Source: Negaprion brevirostris (taxonomy: Eukaryota). Taken from it: a stretch of 64,000 bases of DNA. Below, in pieces: positions 54,336 through 64,000 of the stretch. The stretch spans positions 35,112,583 to 35,176,582 of the forward strand of contig JARDVH010000031.1 in assembly GCA_030324005.1 (NCBI GenBank). Reading direction: 5' to 3'. The stretch's first letter is position 1, and each line of letters starts with the position of its first letter. The notes under the pieces were generated by a model. It was given only the letters and a program-made list of their open reading frames with translations. It had not been told where the DNA came from and made no database searches. The position numbers and the translations under genes were made by a program.

Positions 54336-55514
54336 GTATGTGATTGCTTGTGCTACTGGGCACATCAGTGCATCTTCCAATAAGAAAATTTAAGGTTGCA
54401 GCTTAGGAGATTTGTTGAAAAAATGACCCTTTGAGGTTCTGGTGCAGACTCAAAGTATAAGCTAGGCTTGTTAACCTCTGAAAATTCAGTACAGCATTGG
54501 AGTAGAAGAATTGGATTTGATGTGTTCCTGCAAGCAGTTTGGTAATACCTTGCAAGCCCTCGCCATTTGTTGCATTAGAGATGTTGTCACAATTTTGAAT
54601 CTGGAGGAAATTGATCTACTCAAAGCCATGTAACAGGCAACATTTCTAAATTGAAGAAAATGGTATTTATTCATGAAAATGTTGCGAATAAAGAAAAGTT
54701 AAAGACACAGTTGCATGGTGAAATTTATGCAACAGTTTACATCTTGTGAACCAAGTAAAGCTCTTCATTGAAATGTGTCAGACTGACAAGAATTTATTAA
54801 AGTGTTACACATAAGGCTAGAATTGTAGAAGCCTTACTGAGTGGCTGTTTTGTATTCAAATGTATGCCTGTGCTCACTATATTGCAACATGGACATATCG
54901 TTGATTCAGACTCCAAACCTGTCTGTTTTAGTGCTTATCCTCCACATGCAAATACTTCTAATCACATTTAATGAGTTTGTTGCTGTATCCTTTCAGTCTC
55001 TCTTTTGTCTACCTATCCAATTTAATCTTGAATTTTGATGTAATTTTTGCCTCAACCACTGAACTGGAAAGTGAATTCCACAGTTTTCAACCCTGGATAA
55101 AGATTTTCTTCCACCTATATGTCTGTATCTCTCTGAACATTTAATCCTGTATCTATGGACCTTTGAACTTTATCCCTCAACTCCTGGAAAAGGCTGCTTC
55201 TATCCACCCTGTCCCAACCTTCCATAATTTCAGACACTTTCAGTATATCATTCTGTGTAATCTCCTTTATTCTAACAAAATAACTCAATAGATTGTCCTA
55301 TTTCATTATATTAAGAGAAGCAAGGAGATTTGGAGGAAAAAAACTATTTCTGCTAGTTGTGGTGTTTAGGACAGGGGGAGATGATCTTAAAAATTAGAAT
55401 GAGACCTTTCAGGAATTTAGAAATTACTTCAAAAAGAGACATGCTATTAAAGCTTTTCAGCTTCCACTAATCGAGATGGCTCGCAAGAAATTTCCAGCAG
55501 TAACAAATTTCCCT

Positions 55515-55990
55515 CACTGGACAACACCTGCTAAACAATCCTGATTGCACTAAAAATTAAAACCAATTAAAGATTATCAGCAGCTTGCAGTGTGCATCAC
55601 TTGCACATGCTAGAAGCCACACATGTTCTCGGCACAAGGCCCTGTCCTTTGCAGACAGAAGGAACATCTCCACATATTATGCCTTCTTCAACTGAACGGA
55701 AACTTGAACAACAGCCATTCCTTAGTTCATTCTCCAGTGCAATCCCTTGACCAATCAGAGTCAACCTTCCTGGTTTGAATTTAATCCAAGCTGGGCAGTT
55801 AACTGTTCCATGCTCCATTCTCCACCAAAAATCAGAATCCACTTGCCAGCCAGTCAGCACTCGTTCTCATGCAGTATAAATTGTCTTTACCCCTGTTGGA
55901 AATTTCTTGAGTTATCCTCATGAGTGCAAGACATAAAGCTTTGATGAATTGTCTGTCTTCAGCAGGGCTCAAGTTCTGTACTACCAAGTT
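55515..55990 (+). mobile_element. Penelope-like element 3' fragment
   Basis: GQHLLNNPDC...KIIS and LHMLEATH..QGPVLCRQKE resemble the GIY-YIG C-terminus of Penelope elements (pattern recall). Confidence 0.65.
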
Positions 55991-57770
55991 ACTACTTGCA
56001 TGCAGAGGATGATGAGAGTTTGGAACACTTCAGCAAACAGCAAATCAATTGTGAATTTTAAAATTGAGAGATTTTGGTTAGTCAGAAATATTAAGTGATA
56101 TAGTGCAAAGACAGATATATGGACTTAGGACACAGTTTAGCTATGATCTCATTGAATTGTTGAACAGGCTTGAAGGGCTAAATGGTCTCCTGTTCCCCTG
56201 TTGGTAAGTCTTCATATTTACATTGCCTCATGTGGCAGCATGCAAGTTAGTCTGCATTGTACATTCTCTAAAACTTCAATATCATTCCTAATGCAGCACG
56301 TACTCATAACAGTTAGTTTATACAAATGCATCACTATTTCTCGGTTTTATATTTTATATTTCTTCAGATAAAACTTAAAGTGCCTCGAACATTTTTCAGG
56401 TTTATCAATCCAAGGTACAGTTTTTAATGTTGTGCAAATCCGTCCTATAATCCTTTGTTCTATCTCCAACATACTTGAATTCACAGTTTTTGCTTGCAAA
56501 GTGCATTACCTCACTACTTACCATCTGTTATATTTTAGCCAATCCCCTTGTCTTGTCAACATGTCTTTGCAGCAGTTTTTGGTCCTCCAAAAAATTACCA
56601 TAATTCCTATTTTGGTCATCTGCAAATGTTAACACCACCCACTGTACACCTATATCCAAATAATTGTTGCATCCAGTAAGCAGAAGTGACAGCAGAACTA
56701 AGCCCTTTGGGATATCACTACCCATTCCAGGCAACTTTGAGCAACGGCCTTTAACTCGTGTTGTTTTCCTATTTCTAACCATTTTTTAAAATGGTTCTTC
56801 TTAAATTTTTAAATGGTAATTATTCTCTATAACTGCTGCTGATATTCTCTGATATTCTGCCACATTTAAAATAAGTTGATGTCCTATCTATTGTGTGTAA
56901 ATTAGTGCTAAGTATTTGCACGCAGTAGAGAGTTTAGTAGTCTAAATGTATATAATTTTTTCAAGACATTCTGACCGTTTTTGAAAATTGTATCTGGGGC
57001 AGTTGAACACCTCTATGCAGTGGCTAACAGTTGAGTCCATTCTTGTACCCATAAATATCCAAATTACAGTCTCTTGGCCATGGATAACATGAACATTTTA
57101 TCCATCTGGTTCTTAAAGCCCTGGTGGATCAACATTGTGCATTTATAATGTACTTTCTAAAGTAGGAAAAACACCCTTCACAGAGGCACAAGGAAAATCA
57201 AATGCTGCACCAAAGAAGGAAAGATTAGAAGGAGCTTGATCAAAGCGATGTGTTTTAGGAAGAGCGGTAGAGGATTTTAGGGAAGAAATTCCAGAGGGTG
57301 GGCTAAAGTGGTTGAAAACACTGCCAGCAACTTAACAGGGAAAAGATGGGGGCAGATTTTTACAAGACTGAAATCAGAAAGTGTAGAGTTTGCAGGATGA
57401 TTATAGATTTAAAGCAGTATAGAGAGGGAGAAAAGAGACCATGAAAATGTGTTTTTTCTACTGCATTCATCTGTAAGAATTTGGCAGTTTGGAAATTCTG
57501 ACACTTATGTTGGTTACTTGCAACCTGCAAGGTTCAGCACACGCCTTCAGTGTAACAGAATCATGTGACTTTATCCCAATTCTTTGCAAGAAGTAATATC
57601 CTATTTTCATATCCTTCAGTTTCCAGAAGGAAATGACAAATCACAAAACCCTCATAAGTAACCACATTCTATTTAAGTATTATTGATGACCATAGTAAAC
57701 TTCAGTCTAATTGAGCTGAGATGGGTGTTCCTTTTGGAGTACTATTGTCCCCTAGATGTTGAGTAAATCA

Positions 57771-57920
57771 CAGTCACTATGCCAATTTCACAAAGGTGAG
57801 GTTTGAATTCATGAATTGCTAGTGCTGTAACCACAGTAAGCTTCAGTTGTAGTTGTGGTTACAGCACTAGTAATTCATGAGTTCAAACCTCAACTTTGTG
57901 AAATTAGCATAAAGTGACTG
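57771..57920. repeat. Fold-back inverted repeat, ~65-bp arms, 18-nt loop
   Basis: 57778-57835 vs 57854-57911: 54/58 complementary, extended by cagtcac/gtgactg past a 2-nt bulge. Confidence 0.95.
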
Positions 57921-58039
57921 ATAACACAGCCAGTTCACTGATGTTCTTTGCTGTATGAATTTTTCACCTCCTGCCTTGTCTGGTATATCTTTTAATTCCA
58001 AATGCCCCCCACAATCTTTTTCAGAGCATCTGGGATTGA

Positions 58040-58390
58040 GAACATAAGAAATAGGAGCAGGAGTAGGCCATCTAGGCCTTCGAGCCTGCCCCGCCATTCA
58101 ATAAGATCATGGCTGATCTGAAGTGGATCAGTTCCACTTTCCNNNNNNNNNNNNNNNNNNNNNNNNNNNNNNNNNNNNNNNNNNNNNNNNNNNNNNNNNN
58201 NNNNNNNNNNNNNNNNNNNNNNNNNNNNNNNNNNNNNNNNNNNNNNNNNNNNNNNNNNNNNNNNNNNNNNNNNNNNNNNNNNNNNNNNNNNNGAACTGAG
58301 CCACGACAGATCAGCCATGATCTTATTGAATGGCGGGGTAGGCTCGAAGGGCTAGATGGCCGACTCCTGTTCCTATTTCTTATGTTCTTA
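58040..58390. mobile_element. Two young CR1 3' ends in opposite orientation flanking an N gap
   Basis: 58040-58142 (minus) and 58293-58390 (plus) are near reverse complements. Confidence 0.9.
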
Positions 58391-58419
58391 TTAACTTATT
58401 GCAGTTCCATTTTCCAGCA

Positions 58420-59020
58420 CTCAGCCCATAGCCTTGCATGCCTTAGTATCACAATTGCACATCAAAATACTTCTGAGGATCTCTGCCTTCACCACCCTTT
58501 CAGCCAGTGGGTTCCAGAATTTCTCCACCATTTGGGTGGAAAAGTTTTTTCTCTTATCCTCTCTAAACCGCTGGCCCTGTTCTATCTTATACCTATGCCT
58601 CCTAGTCTTGATCTCTCCACAAGGGGAAAAGTCTCTGCCTGTCTATATCTATGCCCCTCATAATTTTATACATCACAATCATGTTTCTCCTCAGTCTCCT
58701 CTGCTCCAAGGAAAACAACCCCAGTCTATCCAATTTCTCTCCGTAAATAAAACTCTGCAGCTCAGGCAACATGCTGGTAAACTTCCTCTGCACCCTTTCG
58801 AATGCTATCTCACCCTTCCTATGATTCCAAAATTGCACTCAATATCCCAACAGTGATCTAACCAACAGTCCCAGAATGACCTCCCTGCTCTTAAAGTCTA
58901 TACCTTAGCAAATAAAGGCAAGTATACCATATGCTTTCTTAACCACTTTGTCCACCTGTCCTACTACCTTAAGGGACCAGTGTGCATGCACCCAACGATG
59001 CCCTGATCCTCGGTGCCCTT
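58420..59020 (-). mobile_element. CR1 LINE 3' fragment
   Basis: ERVQRKFTSMLPEL...LDRLGLFSLEQRRLR; QVDKVVKKAYGILAFI. Confidence 0.9.
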
Positions 59021-59521
59021 CAACATAGCCACCTGGAACGCCCCAACAAGTTGGCTTCATCCAACCTTTTCCTGCCAATAAGTAACAGTGAAAAATTGAC
59101 TCAAGCATTTTTTTTTCCCCCACACTGAAGATGTAAGTGAAATGGAGATTTATCATCACCGCTTTTGAGGCAAAGTGTGGATATCCAGCAGTCTTTGACC
59201 CTCAGCTTACACAAGTGCACATGTTGAAGTTAATTAAAATCACAAGAAGTGACGCACTGGATGGTCNNNNNNNNNNNNNNNNNNNNNNNNNNNNNNNNNN
59301 NNNNNNNNNNNNNNNNNNNNNNNNNNNNNNNNNNNNNNNNNNNNNNNNNNNNNNNNNNNNNNNNNNTGAATTCCACACATTCATCACCCTCTGGTGAAGA
59401 AATTTCTCCTCACCTCAGTTCGAAAACATTTATCCTCAAACCATGCCTCTAGTTCTAGACTCAAAAGGCCCTTGTCAAATAATTCCTGCACTGTCAGATC
59501 ACTATGGTAACAGCTTCTAAC

Positions 59522-59634
59522 CTGGAAGTAACCATACATGGCTTCCTCTACCAGGCGGATGCTGAATGGCGTGGGCTTGTAGTTGTCAATAGCATCAAAC
59601 ACCGTCTTCATAGCCAAGTGAGCTATCCAATAAG
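59522..59634 (-). CDS. NAGK: N-acetylglucosamine kinase exon (~exon 6, 113 bp), antisense within an NCKAP1 intron; functional status unknown
   Basis: Minus strand: ttttcatttgcag| acceptor, cag|gttaga donor; (A)YWIAHLAMKTVFDAIDNYKPTPFSIRLVEEAMYGYFQ continues in phase from the 60705-60815 exon; recalled human NAGK reads AYWIAHQAVKIVFDSIDN...AMFHYFQ. Confidence 0.88.
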
Positions 59635-59865
59635 CTGCAAATGAAAAGTATTTTAGCTATATTCATTGCTATTATCTCTTCTTCACTCCCCCACCAAAGA
59701 CACTGCCTATTGCTAGAGGAAGGGGGTGTGAGGGATAGTGGCGGCAGCAGTTGTTGTGCACAGTCCTTCTACCAAGTGTAGGGAGGCTGAATGATAAGGA
59801 CCTAGTGGCTCAGATCAAGACTGGATTTTAGGTTTGAAAGACTTTGCATCAACACAACGGGAGCC

Positions 59866-60167
59866 CCGGTGGCACAGTGGTTAGCACTGCTGTCTCAGTG
59901 CTAGGGACCCGGGTTCAATTCCCGGCTTGGGTCACTGTCTGTGTGGAGTTTGCACCTTCTCCCCATGTCTGCGTGGGTTTCCTCCCACAGCCCAAAGATG
60001 TGTGGGTTAGGTGGACTGGCCATGCTGAACTGACCCTAGTCTCAGGGGATTAGCAGAATAAATGGGTGGGATTCCAGGAATAGGGCCTGGGTGGGATTGT
60101 GGTCGGTGCAGAATCGAGGTGGGCTAAATGTTCTCCTTCTGCACTGTAGGGGTTCTATGATTCTATG
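59866..60167 (+). mobile_element. HE1-like SINE within the NAGK intron
   Basis: Intact head ggtggcacagtggttagcactgc and tail ttctatgattctatga. Confidence 0.9.
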
Positions 60168-60699
60168 AACACAGTCCATCCTTGCATGCAGAGGATTCCT
60201 TGCAGAGTGGATACAATGGGCAGTCAGTCACCGTTATCAAGAGGGCATCCTTCATTGAATCTGGAACTCTACAACGTTGCTATACAACTACTTATGGTAC
60301 CCAGGCCCACATTCTAACTGCTTTCGAGGTAAAGAAGTTCATCCCCATTTCCATATTGGACTAATGTGTGTTGATAATCACCAATTTTGGACTCCCTGCA
60401 AGTGGAAATATGTTCTCTATCTCCACCCTATCAATCACCTTCATACTTTAAGTCAGATCAGTCTTCCCTGGTAGAGAGAAAATATCAGTTCAATCAGTCC
60501 CGGCAGGTCTGTTATCCTTGTAACTCCAGCGGAAAGAATGTTGTGCGAGAGTGGTGTAAAATTCCAAACTCTCCGGAACAAGCAGAAAGCACTTGAACTC
60601 TTACAACATGCTGAAATATGGGCCAGTGTCTTGCCCATACACACCTCTCCCTGCCTGTACGCCAAAGCCCACACTTCCTGAAAACATGATTCCTCTTCA

Positions 60700-60840
<141 letters not shown>

Positions 60841-62417
60841 TTAAGGGGTAAAGAGGTTACAAAACTTGCATTAGTTTTTGATCTAGAACCAGTCCGTATG
60901 GAGGGGCTCCTGCAGCAGACCAGGCACAAAAGCATGGGTTAGTCATGAAGCAAGTCTCACCTCTATTCTCTAAATTTGCAGCCCTTTATTGTGGAGTCCA
61001 TGAGATGTAGACAAAAGTCGTAGGTAGGAGGAGGATGGGAATGAGGCACTCACTGTTAAAATGAGCAGCATGGACTTGTAGGGCCGAAGGGCCTGTTTCC
61101 TGTGCTGTTTTGTTCTTTGTCCAAATCTGGGCTTTAAATAGATCAGGCTGTTGAAATTAAAGCTTTCTCTGCTTATTTACTGCCCACAACTTGACAGAAA
61201 AACGGCAGACTCACAAAGATGAATGGTGTGTGAATTGGAGAAACTCAGCGATGCAGTAAAGTTGGTACTCTGAAAGTAGATTTGAGGTTTATTGTGTGAA
61301 GTTTTTCCATCCACTAGGTGTTGTGAAATCATTAATTCATTCTTTTTAAGCATAGAGAAAATCCTCCCTTTCAATATTGTTTTGGCAGTATAGGAATTTA
61401 CTCTGCAGTTGGTGATACCATAATAGTTTTGGAAGCTGTCGATCCATAACTCTGTACTCGTTGTGGGAAAAGATCCATTCAATTTTGATGCTCTTCAATT
61501 TGATTCACACTTCGATTTCTGTCTGTTAGACGAGCTGAAAATTGTCTGGGTATCAGTGTGCCCATAAATATTTACTTACAACCTCAGTAAGTTAGACTTA
61601 ATTAAATTTTAAACAAACCTCTAACTTCCTGTTATCAGGACAGTGGGTGCTTTTGACAAATCTGCAATGGAGAAATTTTCCATGTCAGTCCATAATTATT
61701 GACCTTTCCATAGCTCTCCCCACAAAGAAGCTCAATAGTTGTGCAAAATTGAAAATAGTAAAATGATGTACTTTTACTGATACAAGTTGCCAACTGAATT
61801 CCATCCTTTAGAACTGACAGACTCCCCAAATATTTATTCCTTAATATCTGGAGAAAAATTTGTAACTCTTATTGGACCTCAGGTCATATGCAAAGAAGCG
61901 CACAAGCACTACTTAGAGTTCTAAAGTAGTTCCAGAGTCCTCTACAGACACCTATTAGAGATGTACATACTCATTTCTGTCTGTGTTCTCCTCACTTGAA
62001 ATTTGAATTCCTACTTCAGTGCCTTTTCCATCAGTGTTTTATTATATCATTTTAGCGAGCCATACCATGCTAGCTATACACTCTTCACCTGAACATTGGA
62101 GCAGCATCCTACACTTACATATCTCATACTGAGAAATATATATCATATATAATGAAAATGCTGGAAATACTCCACAAATTTTACCGCATTTGTGGATAAT
62201 GAAACAGTGAACGTTTGAGGTTGATGACCTTTCGTTAGAGCTGTGGACACTGCGGTACTTTATTGCATTGATGGTGTACTTTGCTATTTATTGTAATTGG
62301 GTTTTTTGGTATTCTTAGGGTGAGAGAAGAGTGATTAACATGCAATTTTTAGTCATTGTTTTGTGAATGTATTACGAGTGGTAGTTTTAACTAATATTCT
62401 CTTTCAATTCTTTCAAG

Positions 62418-62534
62418 AGAACATTAGTCCAGAGGAAGAATATAAAATTGCCTGCCTCCTTATGGTGTTTGTTGCTGTATCTCTTCCAACTCTAGCCAGT
62501 AATGTCATGTCCCAGTACAGTCCTGCTATTGAAG
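62418..62534 (+). CDS. NCKAP1: NCKAP1 coding exon (~exon 28, 117 bp)
   Basis: ttcaag| ... g|gtaagt; (E)[38 protein letters not shown](G). Confidence 0.96.
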
Positions 62535-64000
62535 GTAAGTACTTGATCATCCAATGTGGGTTTGAAGGTAAAATGGTTAATTTAAAGACTTAAGTTCTGT
62601 GTGCCATCCTCATAACATTCTGTTGTTGAGTATCTGCTGAAATAATATTGGTTTTCTTCACTTCAAAATTGGCGTTCAACAAGAGATGTATTTGATTATT
62701 TCAAGGTGATGTAAAGATGATTCATTGTAAAGTCATAATCATGCGCTTATTCGACCCTCTAATTTCCATGAACCACATGACATTTTTCCTGTTTGTTACT
62801 GATATTCATTCATCTTGATTTATTTTTTGTCAATGTGGAAAAGATTCTTTTGGATGCTTGCACATTTGAGTTAAGCTTAATAGCCTTCAGAAAATTTTAT
62901 TTCTGCTTATGTTAGTTATAAAATTTGCATTAACTGTCAAGAAATATTTTTTCAAATTGACTACATCCATTGCCTTTTGCCAACCTACTACCTTTATCAT
63001 ACTAAAGATTGCTATGACATGTTGGGGGAAGACTCCACACCAAAAAGATTAGAACTGCCAGCATCTCTGTTTAGATGCAGAATACAGGTCATGTAACACT
63101 TATTGGAGTGGAGTTCTCTCATTCTAATTCCATAAGCAGAAATGTACTGTCAGAAAGGGGATACTTTGGATTAGCCTCTGGACATTAGCCAAAATCCTCT
63201 CTTTTAGAGTCAATGTTGACATTTCCATCAATTGTATTGGATAAACCTTCATTTCTTTTCACCATTGTGAAATTCATGTAAATTTGATCTGCAGAGGAAT
63301 TCCAATAGCTAACCAGATATATACAGTTCAGGAAATAACAATGCAGACCAGTTATGAAACTGATCAGCAGCCTGGACGCTGCTTCAAGAGGCAGTTACTA
63401 AAAGCTGCTCTTTCCATCCAGTTATGAAAATACCATGCTCTTCGAGTTTAGTCAGACTTTCATCCACTCAGATGTACTACTTCGGGTTTCGCTTTATTGG
63501 GCTGAGTCGGGTTGATATGTGGACCATTTGCTTTTGGGAATGGAACTATCCTGGAATACCACGCAGTTTCNNNNNNNNNNNNNNNNNNNNNNNNNNNNNN
63601 NNNNNNNNNNNNNNNNNNNNNNNNNNNNNNNNNNNNNNNNNNNNNNNNNNNNNNNNNNNNNNNNNNNNNNAGTTTCCTGCATGACTGGGAAGATGACTCC
63701 CTGTTTGTGATCTCACTCAGTTGTTGTTATGCTTGTTCCATGAGTGGATGGGGGAATCTGAGGCGATGTGAATAGGCACAAGAGTTTAGCTTCCTCTCCA
63801 TGAGATCTTGGGTATGTTTTTCATCTGCTCCAGTCCTGTGAAGAATTTCAGGAACTCACATTTGTACTTGGAGCCAGGCCCTTACCACTGACCTAGTAAA
63901 TCATCTGTAACAGGTTAAGTTCAACACATCTTTTGCAGCTTAGCAACGAACAATCCTGGTTGTGAATGACAAAGGGATTGTTTTATTCTTGTGTCTCGGT

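Noticed and set aside
54985-54993. GTATCCTTT U12-donor-like motif (similar at 5341)
   Set aside because: Not at any exon boundary; expected by chance in 64 kb.
57540-57600. Faint resemblance to NAGK exon 7 on the minus strand (DK..FC..EG)
   Set aside because: Wrong spacing, in-frame stop and no splice sites.

Overview
Eukaryotic genomic DNA, very probably from a shark or other elasmobranch (judged from the CR1 LINE, tRNA-head/CR1-tail SINE and DeuSINE repeat content), in a gapped draft assembly. Most ORFs in the supplied track are repeat debris. The window lies inside one + strand gene, NCKAP1 (Nap1/Hem-2, WAVE regulatory complex). Fifteen coding exons between 4840 and 62534 splice in frame with GT-AG sites and correspond to human exons ~14-28 (numbering recalled, not looked up). 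The main surprise is in the intron before the last visible NCKAP1 exon. Two intact exons of N-acetylglucosamine kinase (NAGK) lie there on the - strand (60705-60815 and 59522-59634), with splice sites, their intron and matching phase preserved; I could not find the other NAGK exons. This is either a captured/duplicated gene fragment, an interleaved antisense gene, or a misassembly. Also present: a 28S rRNA 3'-domain fragment, a decayed Gypsy integrase, Rex/Babar, L2-like and Penelope-like fragments, three near-perfect inverted repeats, an RFX X-box-like motif, and an N gap inside one NCKAP1 exon. No prokaryote-type system (CRISPR, operon) is supported.
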